From contig JBGTAU010000058.1 in NCBI GenBank assembly GCA_041749675.1, forward strand, positions 1 through 39,208: a stretch of 39,208 nucleotides of DNA, in the 5' to 3' direction. The notes below the pieces were generated by a model, which ran no database searches, was not told the origin of the DNA, and saw only the letters and a list, made by a program, of their open reading frames with translations. The translations under genes were made by a program, and so were the position numbers. Each line of letters begins with the position of its first letter. Within the stretch, counting starts at the first letter, position 1. Of this stretch, positions 9,829-17,832 are shown in pieces. The stretch comes from Rhizobiaceae bacterium. Its GTDB lineage: Bacteria; Pseudomonadota; Alphaproteobacteria; Rhizobiales; Rhizobiaceae.

Positions 9829-10395
9829 ATGCCAAAGTTATGGAACGAAACAATCGACGAGCACCGACGTGCGGTGCACGAAGCAACCCTGGATGCCGCC
9901 GCCAATCTAGTGGCTGAGCAGGGGTTAATCTCGATAACGATGGTGAGTGTTGCGGAAAAGACCGGCATCAGCCGCGCGACACTCTACAAGTATTTTCCAA
10001 GTGTTGAATCAATCCTTTTGGCTTGGCACGAACGCCACGTTCAAGGACACTTAGAATTTTTGGAAACGGTCCGCGACGGTTCTGTTGGGGCGCAACGGCG
10101 TCTTGAGGCAGTTCTTAAGGCGTACGCATTCCTTTCCTATTCACCTCACACTGGCGAAATTGCTTCCTTCTTGCATCGAGGTGCCCATTTCACTCACGCG
10201 CAGGAACAGGTCAATGCGTTGATCCGCGATCTTATTGTTGAGGGCGTGGCCGCTGGAGCGGTTCGCTCAGATTTGCCACCGGACGAACTTGTAGGCTTCT
10301 GCATGCGTGCTTTGACTGCCGCTAAGTCACCAACCAAAGAAGTCGTCCTTCGGCTTGTTCTGGTTATTTTGGACGGATTGTCTGTGCCGCGTTGA
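9829..10395 (+). CDS. TetR/AcrR-family transcriptional regulator
   Basis: The N-terminal HTH (ITMVSVAEKTGISRATLYKYFPS) is a typical TetR signature. 188 aa. Confidence 0.85.
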   Translation: MPKLWNETIDEHRRAVHEATLDAAANLVAEQGLISITMVSVAEKTGISRATLYKYFPSVESILLAWHERHVQGHLEFLETVRDGSVGAQRRLEAVLKAYAFLSYSPHTGEIASFLHRGAHFTHAQEQVNALIRDLIVEGVAAGAVRSDLPPDELVGFCMRALTAAKSPTKEVVLRLVLVILDGLSVPR

Positions 10396-10492
10396 TACTC
10401 TCTATACAAAATGTGAATGTTTTTCTGGGAGACTGGCACGAAACTTGTTGGTCACATCGACAAGATAGTGTTCGACGCCGATTGGAACGTCA

Positions 10493-11515
10493 ATGAAACC
10501 GAGTGTGAGTAAGCCACGGATTGACTGGGTAGACTATGCCAAAGGAATTTGCATCATTCTGGTGGTGTTCATGCATGCAAATGGCGGTGTCGAAAAGCTC
10601 CTCGGCACAGAGACTTGGTTCAACGGGTTCATTGAATGGGCAAAGCCCTTCAGAATGCCGGACTTTTTCCTGATTTCGGGATTGTTTTTGGCGAGTAGGA
10701 TCGATGATCCTTGGCGGCGCTATTTCGATGCCAAGGTCGTGCATTTTGCCTATTTCTATTTTCTCTGGATGACGATTCAGCACGTCTTCAAGGACGTCGC
10801 GAGAGGCGAAACGGATACGTCCGGACTGTCCCATTACGCGTCAGGTCTCATCCAGCCGTTTGACACATTATGGTTCATCTATCTGCTGGCCGTTTTTTTT
10901 GTGGTCGTCAAAGTCACGCGCGGGGTCTCGCCAATCGCTATGTTTGCATTCGGAGCGTGGCTCGAAATGTTGCCAATTGAAACCGGATCGATTCTTATCC
11001 ATGAATTTGCGGGCCGCTTTGTCTACTTCTACGTCGGTTATTGGATGGCGCGGCAGGTTTTCGTCTATGCGGACCGCATCCGTGGTTTCGACCCGACAAT
11101 GGTGCTGCTCGGACTGGCGGCTTGGGCGGTCTTTGAAGCTGGAATGGTGAGTAGCGGCGTTGCCCCGATGCCAATTGTCAGCCTGTTGCTCGGCCTCATC
11201 GGAACTGCGGCGCTGATCGCAACAAGTGTTTTGATCGCCAAGTCTGGCAAGTTCGCCATGCTCAGATACTGCGGCGCAAATTCGATTGTAATTTATTTGG
11301 CGTTCAGTCTCTTCATGGGCACGACGCGTGTGGTCCTTGCGATGCTCCTCCCCGGCATGGAACCAAGCTTGATTTCTCTGCTTTCGACGACGGCGGGGGT
11401 AGTTGGGCCTCTCGTGATGCACTCTTTAACAAGAGGAACGCAATTAGATTTCCTGTTCAACCGGCCTCAATTGGCGCGCATTGGATCGCCGCTTCGATCC
11501 GAAATCGTGCAATAA
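10493..11515 (+). CDS. Acyltransferase family 3 membrane protein
   Basis: Multi-TM protein with the characteristic N-terminus (RIDWVDYAKGICIILVVFMHA). Confidence 0.8.
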   Translation: MKPSVSKPRIDWVDYAKGICIILVVFMHANGGVEKLLGTETWFNGFIEWAKPFRMPDFFLISGLFLASRIDDPWRRYFDAKVVHFAYFYFLWMTIQHVFKDVARGETDTSGLSHYASGLIQPFDTLWFIYLLAVFFVVVKVTRGVSPIAMFAFGAWLEMLPIETGSILIHEFAGRFVYFYVGYWMARQVFVYADRIRGFDPTMVLLGLAAWAVFEAGMVSSGVAPMPIVSLLLGLIGTAALIATSVLIAKSGKFAMLRYCGANSIVIYLAFSLFMGTTRVVLAMLLPGMEPSLISLLSTTAGVVGPLVMHSLTRGTQLDFLFNRPQLARIGSPLRSEIVQ

Positions 11516-11563
11516 TACGACCTTTCTGACCGCCAGTATCTGAAAGGCTGGCAAAAAGCAGAG

Positions 11564-12523
11564 CTACTGATATGGGTCGGCCAAAGCAGCCTTTGGCCGA
11601 CTGACGGGTTCAGCTGAAAGTGACACCAGCTTAGCCATTTTCACTGGGCCTTCGCGCTTCAACAGCGAACGGAAGCTCTTGTGCATACCCCCGTCCATAT
11701 AGACTGGAACACCGCTCACGGAGATGCTTCCGACGGTTGGATCTGAAAGCGCATCAAGAAGTGGCTTTTCTGCCGACATGGCGAGCATGGGCAGAGTTGA
11801 ACAGTCTTCACCTGCTTGGCCGGAACCAAATATATATTTGCCCCCGCAGTTGGATATCAATGGGGGAGATTTGGTAGTCTCAAAGACGTCATATCCCACT
11901 TTAAGATTCTGCCAAAAGCCAAAATTCGGATCGCTCTGGTACTTTCTCATGTTTGCTGCGGTCATCCGAAACGGAAACGACTGCACCTGAAACTCCCGCT
12001 GCCCGGCGGCAAGCGCTGCGGCAGCGATCGCATAAATTTCGCTGACACCTGAGTCGGTGAGCGCAAAGCAGCCCGCTGAGGTGCAAGCACCATGAACCAT
12101 GAGCGCCTCTCCTTTGTATCCAAGTTCCCGCTCAAGTTTGTTCGGATAGCCAAGATTGAAAGACACGTTGTATTGCGAATTGGGGTTCATCTGCCACGCC
12201 GCAACACTGTAAAAGCCCTCTGGCGCCTGACGGTCACCTTCAACTTTCTTGGGCCCAAGTTTCCCGGACCAGCGGCAGATAGGATAGATCTTGAGTAAGG
12301 CATATCTGCCGGATCGATCCTGCTTCCAGACCTCCAGTTCGCTTTCCTGTTTGAAAATTCGGATCAAGATCGGATCGCTTGGACGCATCTTCTTTGCTGC
12401 CATCATGGCGGTGAGTTTCGAAGAGATCGGCTGGACACCATGACTAACGTCGTCCAGAATGGAAATGCACCCTGACAAGACCAGGAAAAACATCACGAAG
12501 ATGATGCGTGGCAAGCGGTCCAT
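11564..12523 (-). CDS. L,D-transpeptidase (YkuD-domain) lipoprotein
   Basis: Lipobox LVLSGC at the N-terminus. The catalytic motif MVHGACTSAGCFALTD matches the HG-X-S-X-GC signature. Confidence 0.8.
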   Translation of the reverse strand: MDRLPRIIFVMFFLVLSGCISILDDVSHGVQPISSKLTAMMAAKKMRPSDPILIRIFKQESELEVWKQDRSGRYALLKIYPICRWSGKLGPKKVEGDRQAPEGFYSVAAWQMNPNSQYNVSFNLGYPNKLERELGYKGEALMVHGACTSAGCFALTDSGVSEIYAIAAAALAAGQREFQVQSFPFRMTAANMRKYQSDPNFGFWQNLKVGYDVFETTKSPPLISNCGGKYIFGSGQAGEDCSTLPMLAMSAEKPLLDALSDPTVGSISVSGVPVYMDGGMHKSFRSLLKREGPVKMAKLVSLSAEPVSRPKAALADPYQ

Positions 12524-12767
12524 AAACTGCGAATCTCCCTTACTTCTAACGAGTTCAATTTCCGCGAAAAGCGTTGAAGAAATTACAATGTGCTGCGAGT
12601 TCCGCAGATCGCTTATTTTCGCCGTTTTTTTGCAGTCTGGCGCGCGAAGTCACGAATCGGGCGCTGACGATTATCAACTTTTTCATGTGTTCTTCCTTCG
12701 AAATAGAGCCAGTATTCTGGCGGATTGAAAAGAAAGTTTGTTGGCAAAGTCAGCCCATTTTGCTCAA

Positions 12768-15110
12768 TCATCCATCAATTGCAGTAGTGCGCAATCTCAG
12801 CGCATTACCGATCACACTTACGGAACTCAAAGCCATGGCCGCCGCTGCGATCATGGGTGATAGCAGAATGCCGAAGGCGGGGTACAGGACACCCGCGGCA
12901 ATAGGCACGCCCACCGCATTATAGATGAACGCGAAGAACAGGTTTTGCCTGATATTGCTCATGACCGCCATTGAAAGCGCCCGCGCCCGCACTATGCCCA
13001 TCAAGTCGCCTCTCAAGAGCGTGACACCGGCGCTTTCCATCGCGACATCGGTTCCTGTTCCCATGGCAATGCCAACATCAGCGGCGGCAAGGGCAGGGGC
13101 GTCATTCACGCCGTCGCCCGCCATGGCCACGATACGGCCTTGCGATTTTAACTTCGCCACGACATCGGCTTTCATCTCGGGCAGGACGTCCGCTTCGACT
13201 TCGGTAATTCCGAGACGTTTCGCAATGGCATCTGCCGTGATGCGATTATCGCCGGTGAGCATCACGATGCGGATGCCTGCCTCGCGCAGCGCGGCAAGGG
13301 CCTGCGGTGTCGATGATTTCACTGTGTCGGCAATACCGATGATTCCAGCCAGCTTGCCATTGATGGCAACAAAGATTGCAGTCGCGCCGTCAGCTCGAAG
13401 GCCGTCTGCCTTTGCCGCAAGGCCATCTACCGCAATGCTCAGCTCCCCCATGAATTTGGCGTTGCCGATGGCCATGCGCTTGCGCTCCACCATCCCGATG
13501 GCGCCTTTGCCCGACGGTGAGTCAAAACCCATCACCTTGGGGAGTTCCAGCTTGCGCTCTTGGGCAGCTTTGACAATTGCTGTTCCAAGCGGATGCTCGC
13601 TGGCCTGCTCGACCGATGCAGTCAGCCTTAAGAGTTCATTCTCGTCTTGACCCTCGACCGTAATGATCGACGTCACGGCTGGTTTTCCTTCAGTCAAAGT
13701 TCCTGTCTTATCAATGACAATGGTGTCGACCTTCTCCATCCGCTCGAGCGCCTCCGCGTCGCGGATGAGCACGCCAGACTGGGCACCGCGCCCGACGCCA
13801 ACCATGATCGACATGGGCGTGGCTAGGCCCAGCGCGCACGGACAAGCAATGATGAGAACTGCAACGGCGGCCACCAGACCATAGGTGAAGCGCGGCTCGG
13901 GACCCCAATAGGACCATGCGGCGAAGGCCAAAGCGGCAACAACAATTACGGCGGGCACGAACCATCCCGACACCCTGTCCGCCATACGTTGAATCGGCGC
14001 GCGGCTTCGCTGTGCATTTGCCACCATCTGGACAATGCGCGCAAGCATGGTTTCGCTGCCGATCTTTTCTGCCCGCATGACGAAGCTGCCGCTGGCATTC
14101 AAAGTGCCGCCAATGACTTTGGCGCCGACGTCCTTGCTCACCGGCATGGACTCGCCCGTCACCATTGATTCATCAAGTGTGGAATGTCCTTCGGTGATCG
14201 AACCATCCACTGGAACTTTTTCACCAGGCCTCACGCGCAGGAGTTCGCCGATGGCAATCAGATCAATGGCCACTTCATTTTCTGTGCCATCTTCGGCAAG
14301 CCGCCTGGCCGTCTTGGGAGCAAGGCCAAGCAGCGCTTTTATGGCACCCGACGTTTGATCGCGTGCGCGAAGCTCCAGAACCTGTCCCAATAGCACAAGC
14401 ACCGTGATAACCGCCGCAGCCTCAAAATATGTGGAAACGGCACCGCCCATTTGCCGGAAGGCCGGGGGAAATACACTAGGGGCAAGTGTCGCGACAATGC
14501 TGTAGATCCACGAAACGCCCGTGCCCATGGCGATCAGGGTGAACATGTTGAGATTGCGGGTTTGCAGCGATTGCCAACCCCGGACAAAGAATGGCCAACC
14601 GGCCCAGATCACAACAGGAGTTGCGAGAAACAACTGAATCCAATTGGACAGCTGCTGGCCCAGCATCATCGTGAGGCCGCTCACGTGCCCGCCCATTTCC
14701 AAAACCAGCACCGGAACGGCAAGGGCCAATCCGACCCAAAAGCGGCGCGTCATGTCGGCAAGTTCATGGTTGGGTCCGCTATCGGCGGTCACAGTCATGG
14801 GTTCCAGCGCCATGCCGCAGATCGGGCATGTGCCCGGTCCCACCTGCTGAATTTGGGGATGCATCGGACACGTGTAAACCGCGCCCGCGACAACAGGTTC
14901 AGCTTCCTTTTCGCTCACGTCTAGATATTTGCTTGGATTGGCCAGAAACTTGGTTCTGCAGCCTGTGCCGCAGAAATAGTATGAATGACCTTTATGAGCA
15001 GCGGTATTTTTGGCGGTTCTGATATCCACCGTCATTCCGCAGACAGGATCGATGGCGCTGTCATCATTTGGTTTGTTTTCGTGCATATGACCGGCGTGCG
15101 AATGGTCCAT
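12768..15110 (-). CDS. copA: Cu(I)/Ag(I)-translocating P1B-type ATPase
   Basis: The ATG at 15110 is preceded by GGAGG. The N-terminus has a His-rich stretch, a YHS/TRASH-like motif (DPVCGMTV...[12 protein letters not shown]) and a YTCPMHPQ...CPICGM motif. TM motifs are [25 protein letters not shown]6YNX4P and MALSS. Confidence 0.95.
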   Translation of the reverse strand: MDHSHAGHMHENKPNDDSAIDPVCGMTVDIRTAKNTAAHKGHSYYFCGTGCRTKFLANPSKYLDVSEKEAEPVVAGAVYTCPMHPQIQQVGPGTCPICGMALEPMTVTADSGPNHELADMTRRFWVGLALAVPVLVLEMGGHVSGLTMMLGQQLSNWIQLFLATPVVIWAGWPFFVRGWQSLQTRNLNMFTLIAMGTGVSWIYSIVATLAPSVFPPAFRQMGGAVSTYFEAAAVITVLVLLGQVLELRARDQTSGAIKALLGLAPKTARRLAEDGTENEVAIDLIAIGELLRVRPGEKVPVDGSITEGHSTLDESMVTGESMPVSKDVGAKVIGGTLNASGSFVMRAEKIGSETMLARIVQMVANAQRSRAPIQRMADRVSGWFVPAVIVVAALAFAAWSYWGPEPRFTYGLVAAVAVLIIACPCALGLATPMSIMVGVGRGAQSGVLIRDAEALERMEKVDTIVIDKTGTLTEGKPAVTSIITVEGQDENELLRLTASVEQASEHPLGTAIVKAAQERKLELPKVMGFDSPSGKGAIGMVERKRMAIGNAKFMGELSIAVDGLAAKADGLRADGATAIFVAINGKLAGIIGIADTVKSSTPQALAALREAGIRIVMLTGDNRITADAIAKRLGITEVEADVLPEMKADVVAKLKSQGRIVAMAGDGVNDAPALAAADVGIAMGTGTDVAMESAGVTLLRGDLMGIVRARALSMAVMSNIRQNLFFAFIYNAVGVPIAAGVLYPAFGILLSPMIAAAAMALSSVSVIGNALRLRTTAIDG

Positions 15111-15144
15111 TTGTGGAGCCTCCAGACATTCTTTCGCATAGACC

Positions 15145-15187
15145 CTATGGGGGTATAATCTCAAGTTGACAACTATACCCCCTATAG
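15145..15187. promoter_or_regulatory. Candidate CsoR operators in the copA-csoR divergent promoter region
   Basis: CTATGGGGGTATA (15145-15157) and CTATACCCCCTATAG (15173-15187) are G5/C5 tracts flanked by AT-rich inverted arms, the architecture known for CsoR/RcnR-family operators. Perfect TTGACA hexamers lie on the plus strand (15166-15171) and the minus strand (15198-15193), flanking the second site. Confidence 0.55.
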
Positions 15188-15200
15188 GTATCTGTCAATC

Positions 15201-15476
15201 ATGCAGATCGAAACCAAAACCGCAGTTAGGAAACGCTTCAACCGAATTGAAGGCCAAGTGCGCGGCCTGTCGCGCATGGTCGAGGAAGGGCGCTATTGCA
15301 TTGACATTGTGACGCAGATTTCTGCGGTGAGGGCTGCTCTGCGGCGGGCCGAGGAAGAAATCCTGCGCGATCATGTGGGTCATTGCGTCGAGCAAGCAAT
15401 AAATAGCGGCGACAAACACGACCAGCGCACGAAAATCACTGAGATCATCGACGTTTTGCGGCGCAGCGACAGATAG
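15201..15476 (+). CDS. csoR: CsoR-family copper-sensing transcriptional repressor
   Basis: 91 aa with RIEGQVRGLSRMVEEGRYCIDI...DHVGHC, which supplies the Cys-His-Cys Cu(I) ligand set of CsoR. Confidence 0.9.
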   Translation: MQIETKTAVRKRFNRIEGQVRGLSRMVEEGRYCIDIVTQISAVRAALRRAEEEILRDHVGHCVEQAINSGDKHDQRTKITEIIDVLRRSDR

Positions 15477-15491
15477 GCAGGAAGCGGCATT

Positions 15492-16031
15492 TTGGAAGAA
15501 GAAGCATCGATACCAACTGCAATCAAATATACGAAAACCGCACGTGCCCTGCATTGGGGGATGGCGTTGCCAATAATCGCGCTTCTGTTTTTCGGCGAAC
15601 ATACAATGGGCAGTCATAACGCCCGCTTCTTACCATCGCTGCATGCCAGCACGGGTGTTGTGGTCTTATTGCTTGTTAGTTTCAGATTGTTATGGCGCTG
15701 GAAGCATCGCCCGCCCATTCCAACGCGTGGATCGTGGTTCGAAACGAACGCAGCAAGATTTGCTCATTTCGCACTTTATGCCGCGATGGTGTTGATCCCG
15801 CTGTCAGGATGGCTCGCATACACCGAGCACGTGCGCCGCTCTATGGGTACGCGGCCTGCAAGTTGGTTCGGGCTTAGAATTCCACTTCTGCCTGACTTTG
15901 GCATTAACTGGCATATGATTCACAATTGGGGCGGCAAGCTAGCTTTGGCGATCATTGCTGTGCATGCCGCGGCGGCGTTTAAGCACCATTTCTTCAATCG
16001 CGATGACACGCTCAAGCGAATGTTACCCTAA
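15492..16031 (+). CDS. Cytochrome b561-family membrane protein
   Basis: A TTG start lies 15 nt after the csoR stop, with AGGAAG upstream. The ARALHWGMA motif and conserved His residues in four TM segments (LHW, FAHFALY, HAAAAFKHHF) are present. Confidence 0.75.
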   Translation: MEEEASIPTAIKYTKTARALHWGMALPIIALLFFGEHTMGSHNARFLPSLHASTGVVVLLLVSFRLLWRWKHRPPIPTRGSWFETNAARFAHFALYAAMVLIPLSGWLAYTEHVRRSMGTRPASWFGLRIPLLPDFGINWHMIHNWGGKLALAIIAVHAAAAFKHHFFNRDDTLKRMLP

Positions 16032-16383
16032 CCAGTCACGAGGCGAAATATAGAACTATATCGCCTTCGCATTTCAAACTGGAATTTACCTGGCACTACG
16101 GTACGGGAAGCATGCCCAATTGACTACATTGGCTCTTAGTTTTGCAAACGAAGTGGAACAATCGCATGCGCACTCATATCGGTCTGCGCGAAAGTCAAAC
16201 TCCACTTCGATCTCGATCTTTCCCGAGCACAGCCTTGAAAAGCGTCTTAGAAGAAACCCGCATTGATATTGCCTATTCCGTTTTTCAATACTCACAGTTT
16301 TTGCCAATTGATCATGGAACCCAACGGCTGAGTTCGAGTTTCGTGTTCAGGGATAATTTTGTCCTTCCTTGGAGGACCCCGCC

Positions 16384-16829
16384 ATGCCCAAATTTCTAAT
16401 AAGCGCAGCGCTGATTGTATTATTTCTTTCCGCCCCATCCAATGCCATGGAACACATGAAATGTGATGATGCTTCCATGATGAAGATGCAAACCGACATG
16501 GATGCAATGAACGATCCGGCAATGAAGGCAAACACATGGCCATGAAACAAATGGACATGGCCAAAACCTTGATGAAGGATAACAAACTGGACGATTGCTC
16601 CATGCATATGGGCATGGCGAGTATGAGCATGACCATGAAGTGCGACGATGAATCAATGACGAAGGTTCAGGCTGATATGGACGCCATGGCCGTTCCAGCT
16701 ATGAAGGCCAACAAAGATATGGCGTTGAAACACATGGGTCTGGCGAAGGCATCCATGAAGGACGGCAACGCCGATGAATGTATGATGCATATGGGCGAAG
16801 CGGTCGGAGCCATGAACAAGAAAATGTAA
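16384..16829 (+). pseudogene. Met/Cys-rich periplasmic tandem-repeat protein gene split by a frameshift near 16531-16536
   Basis: ATG 16384 follows a GGAGGA RBS and encodes a signal peptide plus repeat 1, stopping at 16543-16545 (53 aa, too short for the ORF track). The -1 frame continues as ORF 16536..16829. The two pieces together reconstruct two ~58-aa repeats of the form MKCDDxSMxKxQxDMDAMxxPAMKAN..MAxKxMxxAKxxMKD....[DE]CxMHMG. Confidence 0.5.
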
Positions 16830-16987
16830 TAGTCGTATGAACTTTACGGAAAAGAGCGGGGCGGATAGATATGCCTCGTTTTGCCTTTGGTGCTGTCGGG
16901 CATGGAGCAACGGAAATGCCAAGATTATTGTCAGTCCTCAGATAAACAGGGACGCTGAAGGCGCCGTGACAATCTGTTGGCTCAGTC

Positions 16988-17001
16988 TTGATTTCGATCA
17001 A
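16988..17001. promoter_or_regulatory. Perfect FNR/Anr/FixK-type box TTGAT-N4-ATCAA
   Basis: TTGATTTCGATCAA was read directly. It is intergenic, 256 bp upstream of the first gene (17257) of the long plus-strand gene chain. Confidence 0.5.
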
Positions 17002-17256
17002 TCTTTTGTTGCGGGAACCTTGCTAGTGGTTGTGCGTTACTAAGTCAGGTATTTTGGCGCGACCTGCGTAAACCAGATTTAGCTGTGTGTTTCACGCCGC
17101 TTGTTGCGCTTGAGCGCTAACTTACGGCAACTCATTGTGGCGAATATGACGTCTTCGCTCCCAATTGCCTCAATTAGTCGAGATGGCCTCCGCCAGACAA
17201 AGCGGACGCCGTGCCTCCGGCAAAGCATATTCGGTTGGCCAAATGGGGAGCCTACA

Positions 17257-17385
17257 ATGAACAATTTGACGGACGGAAATTCGATGATGTGGGGCATGGG
17301 ATGGGGCGGAGCGATTTTCGTTCTTATCCTGATCCTGTGCGTAGCGGCGCTTGCAAAATACCTGTTCTTCGACAAGCGGCAATAG
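17257..17385 (+). CDS. Small (42 aa) membrane protein with a Met/Gly/Trp-rich N-terminus
   Basis: ATG 17257 lies 6 nt after GGGGAG. The product is MNNLTDGNSMMWGMGWGGAIFVLILILCVAALAKYLFFDKRQ, with one TM segment. Confidence 0.5.
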   Translation: MNNLTDGNSMMWGMGWGGAIFVLILILCVAALAKYLFFDKRQ

Positions 17386-17402
17386 CAATCAAGGACAAAC
17401 GT

Positions 17403-17789
17403 ATGTCGTATTACATTTCAAAAATGCTTTCTGTGCCTTTCGAAGAGGCGGTGACCCGAGCAGCGGACGCATTGAAACTCGAGGGCTTTGGCATCCTCAC
17501 GGAGATTGACGTCAGCGCCACGCTGAAGAAGAAGATCGGCGTCGATTACCCGGCCTACAGGATCCTCGGCGCCTGCAATCCGGCATTGGCCCACGAAGCC
17601 TTAATGCTCGAAAACAAAGTCGGCACGATGTTGCCATGCAATGTCGTTGTCCGTGACGCGGGCAATGGCCAGACCGAAGTGGCTGCAATCGATCCTGTCG
17701 CTTCGATGCAGGCGATTGACAATTCGGCGCTGAAACAGGCCGCCGGGCAGGTTCGCGCGAAACTCGAAAAAGTCATCGCTGGGCTGTGA
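17403..17789 (+). CDS. DUF302 domain protein
   Basis: 128 aa. FGILTEIDVSATLKKKIGVDYPAYRILGACNP is the typical DUF302 core. Confidence 0.85.
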   Translation: MSYYISKMLSVPFEEAVTRAADALKLEGFGILTEIDVSATLKKKIGVDYPAYRILGACNPALAHEALMLENKVGTMLPCNVVVRDAGNGQTEVAAIDPVASMQAIDNSALKQAAGQVRAKLEKVIAGL

Positions 17790-17832
17790 TTGAAACTCAA
17801 AACAAAAAAGCATCAATCCAACGGAGTTCGCC

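Noticed and set aside
10434-10449. A sigma-54-like element, TGGCACgaaacTTGTT, 45 bp upstream of the acyltransferase gene.
   Set aside because: The -12 GC is replaced by GT. No enhancer-binding-protein site or palindrome is visible upstream. It is kept only as a weak possibility.
12925-13650. A 241-aa plus-strand ORF, with further ORFs at 13663-13884, 14035-14358 and 14451-14924.
   Set aside because: All are antisense to copA. Their Ser/Ala/Pro/Arg-rich low-complexity translations mark them as shadow ORFs.
16091-16105. A sigma-54-like element, TGGCACtacggTACG.
   Set aside because: The -12 element is TACG rather than TTGC (the invariant GC is missing). No suitable downstream gene start lies nearby.
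16086-16307. A 73-aa Cys-rich minus-strand ORF between the cytochrome b561 gene and the Met-rich gene.
   Set aside because: It has a TTG start with no RBS, is oriented against both neighbours, and has no recognisable motif.
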